From the IMG/VR virus record IMGVR_UViG_2795386110_000001, positions 26,114 to 90,113 of that record: 64,000 nt of DNA; one strand, written 5' to 3'. The stretch is from a virus. Lineage: Duplodnaviria > Caudoviricetes. The position numbers were made by a program, and so were the translations under genes. The notes below the pieces were generated by a model. It was not told where the DNA came from, searched no databases, and saw nothing but the letters and a program-made list of their open reading frames with translations. Shown piece by piece: positions 18,810 through 28,373 of the stretch; the stretch's first letter is position 1; the number at the start of each line of letters is the position of its first letter.

Positions 18810-19528
18810 CGGCGTTGGGAAGCGATGGGCCCCCGCTGCCTGAAGGCGGCCGTGGGGGCCACCTCGGCGAAGCCGTGAGCGGCAGGGCGAACGCATGGCT
18901 GGGAGCAGAAACCAGAAAGCGCGTACTCGGGCACATTGCGACATGCCCGAAGTGCAAGACCGATCTTGACACGCAGAAGCGGGTCAAAGACCTCGACGAA
19001 GCGCGTATGTGGTTTCGGACCGCTGAGGACCTCTCAACAGAATTGATCTTCCGCCCACTGACGGAAGTGGAACGCGATCACGTCCAACGCCGAGAACCGC
19101 GAGCAGAACGATGGACCTTCCTGGCGGCCAGGATCGCCGGAGGCCGACGCGACATGCTTACTGTATGGCTGGCTGACCTTGACGGCCGACCGGAGGATGG
19201 CTGCTCCCTCACACCGTGGCAGCAGCGACGGTATGCCCTTGGGTTCCTCTTTGCCGCTGTCCGATTCCTTCTTCGAGACGCCGTTGGTCACCTGTGGCGT
19301 CCCGTCGACTGGATGCTGGGCACGCGGAACCGCCGGGAAACGTTCATTGGAGTGCCGCCGGCCCTGCTCGTGCTCTATATCGCGAAGCACGATGGACTTC
19401 ACACCCTCCTGACGGAAGGGTGGGGCTGGGTCGGCGGTTGCGGCGTGGCGATGTTCGCTCTCGTCCGCTGGCTCCAGCGAGTTCGAGGGATTGAGCTGGC
19501 CGAGGGAGCCCCGTCCGGCGAGCACTAG
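18806..19528 (+). CDS. membrane protein with HxxxCxxC (zf-HC2-like) motif
   Basis: HIATCPKC; C-terminal hydrophobic segments; GTGA overlap. Confidence 0.6.
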   Translation: MTALGSDGPPLPEGGRGGHLGEAVSGRANAWLGAETRKRVLGHIATCPKCKTDLDTQKRVKDLDEARMWFRTAEDLSTELIFRPLTEVERDHVQRREPRAERWTFLAARIAGGRRDMLTVWLADLDGRPEDGCSLTPWQQRRYALGFLFAAVRFLLRDAVGHLWRPVDWMLGTRNRRETFIGVPPALLVLYIAKHDGLHTLLTEGWGWVGGCGVAMFALVRWLQRVRGIELAEGAPSGEH

Positions 19529-19741
19529 GTGGACGCATGGCAGGCTCCCGATTCCTAGCGGAACACGGGAGCCTGCTCCTTGTGCTGGAGTCCTGGAGAG
19601 CCGCCGCCCTCCGTCCTTCACCCCTTGCGCCCTACGGCGTCGCAGCTGGGCGGACGACCCGGCGAGGCAGCGTCGCGAGGAGGATCCGCTAGTGAGCAGC
19701 GGAACGGTCACGCGGGGGCGACAACTCCGCCCCCGCCAGGC

Positions 19742-20983
19742 TCAGAAGGGAGGACGGGGGACAGGGGTGTCCAGACGACCGTCTGCGAGGAGCCTCTCCA
19801 TGGTGAGGCGGCCGGTATATAGGCGCTGGAGGTCCATCCACCTCCGCTGGTGGCTGACGAGGTTGGTGTATTCAGCGAGGTCCTGGGAGAGCACGAAGAA
19901 TTGGTCTGCGGACAGCGTGCCGACGCCCTGATCCCGCAGCACAGTGAGCCGGGCGTCGGCGTTCGTCGTGCTCACGAGGACGCGGGTCTCCCAGACACAC
20001 CCGACGCCCTGAATTCGGAGGGTGTCTTTCACGAGGGCAGGCCCGCTCAGGATCCACCGCACGGTAGCCGCGCACCAGACATGGTCCCCGATACGGAAAG
20101 CGGTCAGATCGGTCGCTCGATCGATGAATGCGGTCGGCTGCATGGCCCAGCCCAGCACCCGTACGGTGTCAGTCCCGACCAGCGTGCCTTCGCCCTCGAC
20201 AAAGAAGCCCATCGTGCTCTCGAAGCCCGGCCCTTCCAAGGTCGGCGTCACGAACATCAGACGCATGGCCTCAGACTCGATTGCACTGCGGCTCTCTGGG
20301 GCCTTGAGGATTGAACGCACTGCGTTCTCATCGACATCGGCGGTCCGCTGTGCGAACTTCTCCACGAGCTCGTTCCAGCTTGTGAGGAGCACGAACCGAT
20401 CCTCGATGCCGGCGAGGTCCTCGTTCATCGGGTACCGGAAAGCGGCCCCGTCGCCGAAGTCCTTCGTGTTCTTGCTGACGAAGTAGACCGTCTCGTCAGG
20501 ATGCTCCCGCGCGTACTCGACGGCCGTGAGCCAGATCGCGGCGTCCCGCCCGCCGATCTTCGCCGTGTCGCCGCCCTCGTTGACGGTGACCTGCTTGCAC
20601 GGCGGCAGGAGGTTCGCCTCCCGGATCAGTGCCTGCTTGAGCGCGGTCTCGCTCGTTCGGACGACGTCGACTACGCCGAGCCACTTCTCGCGCCACTCGT
20701 CCTGGAAACGCTGTAGATCCATCTGCGGCAGCGGCACGCTGATCGGCCACGGCGTTCCTTCCGTGAGGCTGCGCAGGGCGGTTTCAGCCGCCTCGTACTT
20801 CCGGCGGTACGGCACCGCCCGATGTGCCGTCAACTCCTCCAGCACCACCCACGGCACGGCCACGCGCTCGATCCCGGACGCCCTGATGATCTTGACCAGA
20901 TCCGTGGTGGCGCTGTCGATGCCGGACTTCGTGAGTATGTTCGTGTCCAGGATGATCAAGGCGAGCGGCTCCGTCTCACGCAT
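19742..20983 (-). CDS. PIN-domain protein
   Basis: IILDTNIL, VLEEL, RDAAIW, SKNTKDF. Confidence 0.82.
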   Translation of the reverse strand: MRETEPLALIILDTNILTKSGIDSATTDLVKIIRASGIERVAVPWVVLEELTAHRAVPYRRKYEAAETALRSLTEGTPWPISVPLPQMDLQRFQDEWREKWLGVVDVVRTSETALKQALIREANLLPPCKQVTVNEGGDTAKIGGRDAAIWLTAVEYAREHPDETVYFVSKNTKDFGDGAAFRYPMNEDLAGIEDRFVLLTSWNELVEKFAQRTADVDENAVRSILKAPESRSAIESEAMRLMFVTPTLEGPGFESTMGFFVEGEGTLVGTDTVRVLGWAMQPTAFIDRATDLTAFRIGDHVWCAATVRWILSGPALVKDTLRIQGVGCVWETRVLVSTTNADARLTVLRDQGVGTLSADQFFVLSQDLAEYTNLVSHQRRWMDLQRLYTGRLTMERLLADGRLDTPVPRPPF

Positions 20984-21221
20984 AGCTGGGTGGTGCGGTC
21001 AGGGTTTCAGGCTCTGTGGTCGCCGGCACCCGGTTTCGCATGCTGCCCACGGCGCCGTCCGTGCAGGCGTTCAGTCGTTCCCGACGTAGTTGTCCTTGAC
21101 GACCTCGATACGGGTGGGCGGATAGATGTCGATTTCGTCGTTGGCGACGTAGCCCATCTCTCAGTTTCCCTGGCAGGGAGGGCCGCCGGGGAGTACGTCG
21201 GGCACTCCCCGGCGGCCCGGT

Positions 21222-21449
21222 TCAGCGGCGTTCGAACCAGTAGACGGCCCAGGCGAGCACGCCGGTCACGGACGCCTTGACGGCCAGGCGTACGAGTTCG
21301 TCGCTCGCCGTGTCCAGCAGTCGGCGGGCCCGCATCCGGGCCGGGCTCAGCCGCCTGCCCTGCGGCTTCGCGCCGAGGGTCGGGCCGTCGAGGTGCTGGT
21401 CAGGCTTGCTCTGACGGTGGGAGCCCGTAGGCTCGTTCTCGGTAGGAAT
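21222..21449 (-). CDS. possible small membrane protein (ATT start) or remnant
   Basis: AAGGAGG followed by ATT; hydrophobic C-terminus. Confidence 0.3.
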   Translation of the reverse strand: MPTENEPTGSHRQSKPDQHLDGPTLGAKPQGRRLSPARMRARRLLDTASDELVRLAVKASVTGVLAWAVYWFERR

Positions 21450-21705
21450 CGTGGCCTCCTTGTGGTGGTCGGTTCTTGCTCTCGAAGTCGGTGGCCTCCT
21501 GCGTGCAACAGGGGGCCGCCGCCGTGTAGGCGACGGCACCGAAAGGCCGCCGAGACCATTGTGTCGGGCAGTGCTGACAACCCAGCCGACCGCTGGAGTT
21601 GCTTACCGCAGCCCCCGAAGTGGGGCATAACGGCAGATTTGCGAGGTCGCGGGCCGTCGGAAGTGGATCGGCGAACACGTCGTCTACTGAGGGCATAGCC
21701 CGCCA

Positions 21706-22138
21706 TCACGTCCGGAGCTTGCCGCCCTTGTCCTTGTGGCCTGCGGCTGCGCGCCTGCTGGCGGTCCGCTGCCTGGGCAGCGCGGCACGCTCACGAACTT
21801 CCACATATGCATGGAGGTCCGGTCGCCAGCCACGCGGGAACTTGCCGTCCGTGAGCAGGATGGTCGCCACCCTGCGCCCGATGGCCTGCCTCTTCCGGGA
21901 TTCCCGGCGCTTGGAGAAGGGGTCCGCCCTCGTCCTGGTTGGTGACGTACAGGTTCTTGCCCAAGTTTCCGATGTTGGCGACGTTCACCTGCTTGCCGAA
22001 CACGGACACGTCGTCGTCCTTGTAGTCGCCCTTGGGGTTGATGAACTCGATGACGCACTTGCTGTTCCGCGTGAAGTCCTCGATCTCGGGCGGGGCATCG
22101 TCCGACTGCCGGTGTGGCTGTCCCAGTCCCGTCCATTC
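21706..22138 (-). pseudogene. frameshifted gene remnant
   Basis: High-GC3 frame EIEDFTRNSKCVIEF..VTNQDE shifts to ADPFSKRR..LLTDGKFPRGW; no start codon. Confidence 0.4.
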
Positions 22139-22174
22139 ACTCTAGCCGCGCACTGCGCACGCAGTGCTGCGCAG

Positions 22175-22224
22175 TATCCTGGCCGCCGTTCCTGACCTGG
22201 GGATCTTGATGGAGGCGGCCTGTG
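22175..22224 (+). promoter_or_regulatory. TATCCT -10-like box and GGCCGCC/GGCGGCC stem covering the head-operon RBS
   Basis: 22181-22187 pairs with 22214-22220, just before GTG 22222; lacks the core leader motif. Confidence 0.45.
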
Positions 22225-22554
22225 ATCTCTCTGCCCGTGCTCGCAGTGCTCGGTGTCGCCGCGTATCGGGCGACCCAGCTCGGCGTCCATGACTCGATCC
22301 TCGACCCCGCCCGGGAGCGCCTCGCCGCCTGGCAGGCGAACAACCTCGACTCCAAAGCGCGTGCCTTCCTGATCCAGCTGATCAGCTGCATCTACTGCCT
22401 CGGCTGGTGGCTGTCCGGCGTGACGCTTCTCGTGTACCTCCTCGCCACCGACAGCTGGGGCGCCGCCCCGTGGATCGTCCACGGCATCGAGTGGTTCGCG
22501 GTGGCCGGCGTGCAGGCTCTCCTCAACCGCCGCGACGACACGTACAGCGGGTGA
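22222..22554 (+). CDS. DUF1360-like membrane protein (CxxC)
   Basis: YRATQL..DSI..P.R and LISCIYCLGWW. Confidence 0.75.
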   Translation: MISLPVLAVLGVAAYRATQLGVHDSILDPARERLAAWQANNLDSKARAFLIQLISCIYCLGWWLSGVTLLVYLLATDSWGAAPWIVHGIEWFAVAGVQALLNRRDDTYSG

Positions 22555-22557
22555 CCT

Positions 22558-24288
22558 GTGGCCCGCCAGCTCACCGCAGCCGCCTCCCGCTACAGCGTCA
22601 AGACCACCAACAGCAGGGCCAGCCGCACCGACAGCTCGTGGCAGCAAGAGGCGTGGCGGTTCTTCAAGGAAGTCCCCGAAGTGCGGTTCGCCGGGACGTG
22701 GGTCGGCAACGCCATGGGCGGCGCCACCCTGTACGCCGGGCGGCGCGCCGACGACGGCACGATCGAACGCGCCCCCGACAACCACCCCGCGGCCGAGATC
22801 GTCCGCGAGATCGCAGGCGGCCCCGACGGGCAGTCCAACCTCCTCGGTGACTTCGGCCCGCACCTGGTCGTCGCGGGAGAGGGGTGGATCGTCGTCCGGC
22901 CCACCGCCGACAAGACGAATATGGTCGACGGCTACGACTGGCGGGTCCTGTCCACCCGTGAGGTGAAGCAGCAGGGCGGCGGGAAGCTGACCGCCGAGAT
23001 CGACGGCGAAGACATACCGATCCCGCCGTACGACCCGGACGCCCCCGCGGACCCCATGGCGCCGATCGCGATACGCGTGTGGAAGCCGTCCCCCGACCGG
23101 CACATCGAAGCCGACAGCCCGGTCCGCTCCAGCCTCGTCCTGCTGGAAGAACTCCAGCTGCTCAACGCGGCCGTCGCCGCCATCGCCCGTTCCCGCATCA
23201 CCGGCCGTGGCGTGCTCCTCGTCCCCAAGGGCACGAGGTTCCCGACCGCGCCCGGCACGGCCGGTGACGCTGAGGATGACCTGCTGGAAGTGTTCCTCGA
23301 GGTCTCCTCCACCGCCATCCGCGAACCGGACTCCGCGGCGGCGACAGTGCCGATCATCCTCGAAGTTCCCGCCGACGTGATCAGCGACATCAAGTGGCTG
23401 TCGTTCGAGTCGAACTTCGACGAGCTCGCGCTGAAGCTCCGCGACGAGGCGATCCGCCGCTTCGCGAACGGTCTCGAAGTCCCGGCCGAGATCCTCCTCG
23501 GTCTGTCGGAGGCGAACCACTGGTCGGCATGGGCGATCTCCGCCGAAGCGGTACGCCTCGGTGTGGAACCGCGTCTCGCGCTCGTCGCGTTCGCGCTCAC
23601 CACCCAGTGGCTGCGCCCCCTCCTGGAGGACGAAGGCGTGGAAGACGCCGACGAGTGGCTCGTCTGGTACGACACCAGCCAGCTCCGCGTCCAGGCCAAC
23701 CGCGCCCAGACCGCCCTTGAGGCGTACCAGGCCGGCCTGATCTCTGGTGCCGCTGCCCGCCGCGAGACCGGCTTTGACGAGTCCGACGCCCCCACAGCGG
23801 CCGAGAAAGCCCAGAACACCGCGGACCAGGCCGCCACCGAAGACGAGGAGACGCCGAGCAACGTGACGACCCTGCCCGTAAGCGAGACGACCAGCATCCC
23901 CGACACCCTGCCCGCCTCTGCCGCCCTGCCGGAACGCGTCCTGGCGGCCGTCGACGGCCTGATCTGGGCCGCCCTCCAAGCCGCTGGTGAACGGCTGCGG
24001 AACAAGCCCGCCTGCCCCCGCTCCGAGCGCGCCCGCGCCCGCGAGATCGTACCCGCCGAGCTCCACACCGTGTTCCCCGTCGAGCAGGACATGATCGACG
24101 CCTGGCACCTCCTCGACGGCGCCTGGGCCCGCGTCCCCGAGATCGCCCGCCGCTACGGCCTTAACCCGGAATGCCTCACCGGGATCCTCGACGACTACGC
24201 GCGGGCCCTGATCGCCGCTCGGCACCCGCACACGTACGAGGACACCGCGCGCGTGCTGCGCGCCCCGTGCATCGCAGAGGCCGCGTGA
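22558..24288 (+). CDS. portal protein
   Basis: Position; WQQEAW..VPEVRF, LR.EAIRR.A.GL..P.E.LLG, NHWSAW as in actinophage portals. Confidence 0.8.
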   Translation: MARQLTAAASRYSVKTTNSRASRTDSSWQQEAWRFFKEVPEVRFAGTWVGNAMGGATLYAGRRADDGTIERAPDNHPAAEIVREIAGGPDGQSNLLGDFGPHLVVAGEGWIVVRPTADKTNMVDGYDWRVLSTREVKQQGGGKLTAEIDGEDIPIPPYDPDAPADPMAPIAIRVWKPSPDRHIEADSPVRSSLVLLEELQLLNAAVAAIARSRITGRGVLLVPKGTRFPTAPGTAGDAEDDLLEVFLEVSSTAIREPDSAAATVPIILEVPADVISDIKWLSFESNFDELALKLRDEAIRRFANGLEVPAEILLGLSEANHWSAWAISAEAVRLGVEPRLALVAFALTTQWLRPLLEDEGVEDADEWLVWYDTSQLRVQANRAQTALEAYQAGLISGAAARRETGFDESDAPTAAEKAQNTADQAATEDEETPSNVTTLPVSETTSIPDTLPASAALPERVLAAVDGLIWAALQAAGERLRNKPACPRSERARAREIVPAELHTVFPVEQDMIDAWHLLDGAWARVPEIARRYGLNPECLTGILDDYARALIAARHPHTYEDTARVLRAPCIAEAA

Positions 24289-24485
24289 CCAGCCGGGAAG
24301 CGCGCCTCACCGTCGCCGTGGTCACCAGCCAGCCACGGCCCAAGTGGTGCCCCGACTGCAAGGCGAACACAGGCCTCGCCGTCGACGTGCACGCGCTCTT
24401 CCCGACCGGCGTGACGTACGTGACCACCGTCGCCGTCTGCGAGATCTGCGACGACCCCGACGACCCGGAGGTGAACCGTGGCTGA
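24285..24485 (+). CDS. small Cys4 zinc-ribbon protein
   Basis: CPDC...CEIC, 66 aa, GTGA overlap. Confidence 0.65.
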   Translation: MTSREARLTVAVVTSQPRPKWCPDCKANTGLAVDVHALFPTGVTYVTTVAVCEICDDPDDPEVNRG

Positions 24486-27400
24486 CCCGCCCGACGCGCT
24501 CACGGCGGCCGAACAGACCGTCGCTGAAGAGGTGCGCGCCGTCCTGGACGACGTCGCCGCAGAGATAGCGGGGGAACTCGCCGACGCGACAGAGATCGTC
24601 GCCGCCCGGTTCTCCCTCGCCCGTATCGGCCGCATGTGGACACAGCGTGTGCCCCGCATCGTGCGCCGTCTCCTCGGCGTCGCCGAGACCGCCGCCGGCC
24701 AGGCCGCTGGCGACGTGGACGCCGAACTTCCCGACGGCTGGGACGACCTCCCCGGCCGCCACGACCACGGGGAAGACCTGCCCGCCTCGCTCGGCTCGTA
24801 CGTCACCGACACTGAGCACCTGCTGCGCGCGGTCGGGGACCGGCTCACCCAGGCCGCCGTCGCCGAGCTCGCGGCAGGCCTCGACGCGGGCGAGGACATC
24901 GCCCAGCTCCGCGCCCGGCTGCGCGCCCTGTTCTCCCAGGACGGTGTCCAGCTCGGCGAGACCCGCGAGGAACGCATCGCCCGCACTGAGTCCACCCGGG
25001 CGTGGAACGCCGCCACCCTGGCCGCCGCCGAGGACCTCACCGGCGAGGGCCGCCCGCTCGTCAAGCAGTGGCAGACCCGCCGCGACACACGCGTGCGTGA
25101 CGCCCATGACGACGTCGACGGGCAGCTCCGGCTCCTCAACGAGGCGTTCACCGTCGTCGGCGTGGCCATGGCCTACCCCGGCGACCCGGCAGCGCCGCCC
25201 GAGCTCACCGTCAACTGCCGGTGCGTCCTGCGCTTGGCGCCCGAACAGCAGGCAGCAGCCTACGAATCGAAAGAAGGATCGCGCTCTGAGGTCTTCGAAT
25301 CCCAGGAAGAGACGGCCGCAGCGGAGGGGAGTCACCTCATGGGCGGCATGATCGCGCTTCTGCCGCGCGACGAAGACGCACGGTTCCTTGCCCTCCCGGA
25401 CGGCGAGGAACCCGGCGAGCTGCACTGCACGCTGTGGTTCCTCGGCGACGAGGCCGCCCAGTGGACGGAAGACCAGCGCCAGGAGCTCGTCGTCAACGTC
25501 CGCGCCCGCGCCGCCGATCTGCCCGGACCCATCACCGCCCGCGCGTTCGGCGTGAACCACTGGAACCCCGACTCCGAGAACCCTGCCTGGGTGTGGCCTG
25601 TCGGCGACGACCGCGACGCCGACGGGCCCGGCCTCCTCGACGCCCGCTCCCTGGCCTTCTGGGCGCTGGAGGACACCCACGACCGCCCCGACACGCCCGC
25701 CCAGCACTCTCCCTGGGTCGCCCACGTCACCGGCGCCTACGCCGCCGACACGTGGCCGTTCGACCCGATGTGTGAGCGGCTCGGCGCGATCACCTTCGAC
25801 CGCATCCGCGTCGCGTTCGCCGGCGACCACCACGACATCCCGCTCGGCCCCGCAGAGGAGGAGCCCCCCATGGCCACACCCACGCAAGTGGAGGAAGCGC
25901 CACCGCCGCCGCCCGTCCGTACCTGGTCCACCCCCGACGGTGCCGCGCTCGCCTTCGAGAATGAGCAGACCGGCGACGGCCGTGTGTTCGCGCCCAGCGC
26001 CCTCTACTGGGACGGCTCCGGGCCGTGGCCGCTCCAGTACGCCGAAGCCATGGGGGAGGGCCACCACGGCGCCGAACTCGCAGGCGCCATCCATGGCCTC
26101 GGCCGGGAAGGCAACCGCATCACCGGCAGCGGCGTCCTGTACCTGACGCAGCCCGCCGGATACGACGCCTGCCTGCTCCTCGAACAGGAAGCACCGCTCG
26201 GCGTGTCCGTCGACCTGGACGACGTCGACGTGCAGCTCGTCGACACCACCGCCAGCCCCGACGAGGAACCCGACGTCCCGTTCCTGGAGGCGTCGTTCGC
26301 GTCCGCCAGCGTCATGCGCCTCGACGACGGCACGTGGATGATCACCGGCCGCAGCCGCGCCGAGTGGACCGCCTCCGGTGTGGAGATGGCGCACAGCGCC
26401 CGCTCGGTGATGCTGTTCACCAGCCCCGGCGGCCGGATCTCCGCCGCGACCGCCCGCCGTGTCTTCGCCGACCAGATCAGCGCGGCCGCCGGCGACTCCG
26501 ACCCCGGCGAGGGCGTCGTCTTCCACGAGGAGAAGTCCGGCGACTACCTCGTACGGATCACCCGGGCCCGGCTGCGCGGCGCGACACTCGTATCGATGCC
26601 CGCCTACGACAAGGCCCGCATCGTCCTCGACCCGCCCGACGAGCAGACCGCGTCCGCCCCCGTGGTGGTGGCGTCCTCGGGCGACGGCCATGAGCGGGTC
26701 GTCACCTATGTGCGCACCTCACCGACGCCGGTCGGCCCGCGCCACCTGTCCCAGAAGCTCGGCATGAGCCTCGACCAGGTCCACGCCCACCTCAGCCGCG
26801 CCCTGGAGGCGGGCAGCGTCGTACGGATCGCCCGAGGCCTGTACGTCGGCGCGTCCACCCTCCCCGAGGGTGTGAGCGCCGAGCCGCCCTGGTCGGACGA
26901 GGCGACGGCCGCCGCAGCCCTCGACGCCCTGTACGACGAGCGCGGCGCTGAACTCGTCGCCTCCGCCTGGCAGGTGATGCAGTCCGAGAAGCCGATGCCC
27001 GCCGCATGGTTCCGTGAGCCCACTCCCGAGGAACTGCCGCCGGGCAGCGGCGGCGTCCACATCGTCGACGGCCGCGTCTACGGCTGGGTGGCGCAGCGCG
27101 GTGTACCGCATGCCGCGCACGGCCGGAAGGTCACCATCGACAAGCTCGCCAAGCGCGGCCTGGACCTGTCCCACTTCCTTCGGAGCAGGTTCCGTCTCGA
27201 CGACGGCAGCGAGGTTCGCGCGGGCGCGATGACGATGAACGTCGGCCACCACCGCGACGGCTACGAGTGCGAAACGTCGGTCTGCCAGTTCGACGACACC
27301 CGCACCGTCGCCGCGGTGGTCACGGTCGGCATGAACGAAGGCGGCCTCTGGTTCTCCGGTGCCGCCGCGCCCTGGCTGTCCCCCTGGGACCGCACCGTGT

Positions 27401-27843
27401 TCCAGGCGTGCCAGCCCTCGTATCACATGACGCAGGGCTCCGACGGGCGCTGGCAGCTCCGCGCCGTGCTCTCCGTGCCGGTACCCGGGCACTCCTCCCC
27501 GCTCACCGCCGCCGCGGTCATCGACCGGTCGAACCTCGCGCTCACCGCCGCCGCAGCCGCCATCGACGAGGTCACCGTCACCGCCAGCGAGCCCCCGGCC
27601 AGGGAACCCGAGCCCGAGCACGGCCGCAGGGCCGAAGTGGCCCCGGCCGCCAGCGTCGTCGACCAGGTGACCGCCGCACTCCTGGAGCCCGGATTCCTCG
27701 ACCAGTTCGCCGACGCCCTCAAGGCCCGCGAAGAGGCGCGTACCGCCGCCGCACGGGCCGAACTCGCCGAACTCACCGCCCGGCTCGCGCCCGTCCGCGC
27801 CGAGCTCGCCGCAAGCGCTGCCCTGCAGCAAGAAGGGAACTGA
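24478..27843 (+). CDS. fusion of MuF-like head protein, 2H phosphoesterase and putative maturation protease
   Basis: KQW..RDTRVRDAH..PGDP..NCRC (MuF); HCTL and HVT (2H); TGDGR.F protease-like region; wHTH insert. Confidence 0.8.
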   Translation: MADPPDALTAAEQTVAEEVRAVLDDVAAEIAGELADATEIVAARFSLARIGRMWTQRVPRIVRRLLGVAETAAGQAAGDVDAELPDGWDDLPGRHDHGEDLPASLGSYVTDTEHLLRAVGDRLTQAAVAELAAGLDAGEDIAQLRARLRALFSQDGVQLGETREERIARTESTRAWNAATLAAAEDLTGEGRPLVKQWQTRRDTRVRDAHDDVDGQLRLLNEAFTVVGVAMAYPGDPAAPPELTVNCRCVLRLAPEQQAAAYESKEGSRSEVFESQEETAAAEGSHLMGGMIALLPRDEDARFLALPDGEEPGELHCTLWFLGDEAAQWTEDQRQELVVNVRARAADLPGPITARAFGVNHWNPDSENPAWVWPVGDDRDADGPGLLDARSLAFWALEDTHDRPDTPAQHSPWVAHVTGAYAADTWPFDPMCERLGAITFDRIRVAFAGDHHDIPLGPAEEEPPMATPTQVEEAPPPPPVRTWSTPDGAALAFENEQTGDGRVFAPSALYWDGSGPWPLQYAEAMGEGHHGAELAGAIHGLGREGNRITGSGVLYLTQPAGYDACLLLEQEAPLGVSVDLDDVDVQLVDTTASPDEEPDVPFLEASFASASVMRLDDGTWMITGRSRAEWTASGVEMAHSARSVMLFTSPGGRISAATARRVFADQISAAAGDSDPGEGVVFHEEKSGDYLVRITRARLRGATLVSMPAYDKARIVLDPPDEQTASAPVVVASSGDGHERVVTYVRTSPTPVGPRHLSQKLGMSLDQVHAHLSRALEAGSVVRIARGLYVGASTLPEGVSAEPPWSDEATAAAALDALYDERGAELVASAWQVMQSEKPMPAAWFREPTPEELPPGSGGVHIVDGRVYGWVAQRGVPHAAHGRKVTIDKLAKRGLDLSHFLRSRFRLDDGSEVRAGAMTMNVGHHRDGYECETSVCQFDDTRTVAAVVTVGMNEGGLWFSGAAAPWLSPWDRTVFQACQPSYHMTQGSDGRWQLRAVLSVPVPGHSSPLTAAAVIDRSNLALTAAAAAIDEVTVTASEPPAREPEPEHGRRAEVAPAASVVDQVTAALLEPGFLDQFADALKAREEARTAAARAELAELTARLAPVRAELAASAALQQEGN

Positions 27844-27845
27844 CC

Positions 27846-27998
27846 ATGCCGTGCGCCTGCCAGAAGAACAAGACGCAGTACGAGGTCGTCGACGCCGGAG
27901 GTAAGCGGGTCTTCGGGCCCACCCCGTACAAGACCACGGCGGACGCCATGGCCGCGCGCGGCGAGGGCCGCACCGTCCGCGAAGTCGCCAAGAAGTAG
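27846..27998 (+). CDS. small protein with N-terminal CxC
   Basis: MPCACQK; RBS GAAGGG. Confidence 0.7.
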   Translation: MPCACQKNKTQYEVVDAGGKRVFGPTPYKTTADAMAARGEGRTVREVAKK

Positions 27999-28010
27999 AG
28001 GGAGGCCCCT

Positions 28011-28235
28011 GTGGGATGTGGCTGCGGCGGCAACCGCAAGCGGACCATTGGCATACAGAACGCCGCCCGCCCGAGCAGAACGACCTACGAGGTCGTTCTG
28101 GACGGTGGGAAGGGCCGCGTCGCCTTCACGACCAGCAACAAGCCCCTCGCAGACAAGGTGTCGGGGAACTACCCCGGCAGCGTCGTCCGCCCGCTCGGTG
28201 CCACTGATGCCGCTGACGCACCCGCGGAGGCGTAA
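28011..28235 (+). CDS. small protein with N-terminal CxC
   Basis: MGCGCGG; RBS GGAGG; shares YEVV.G.G.RV.F with the preceding ORF. Confidence 0.7.
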   Translation: MGCGCGGNRKRTIGIQNAARPSRTTYEVVLDGGKGRVAFTTSNKPLADKVSGNYPGSVVRPLGATDAADAPAEA

Positions 28236-28373
28236 GCCAACGCGCGGGCGGCCAGCTTTCAGCCCGACCTGGTCTGGGCGACCGAGCACGTAGCGATGGG
28301 CTGCACAGCTGTCTGTGCAGCCCATCGCGTTTCGACGCCCCTATGCAGCGGCGTTACCTCCGGAGAACCCAGG

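Noticed and set aside
21985-26691. Long antisense ORFs (748 and 789 aa) and similar ORFs such as 49220-51841
   Set aside because: Shadow frames of high-GC3 genes with no motifs
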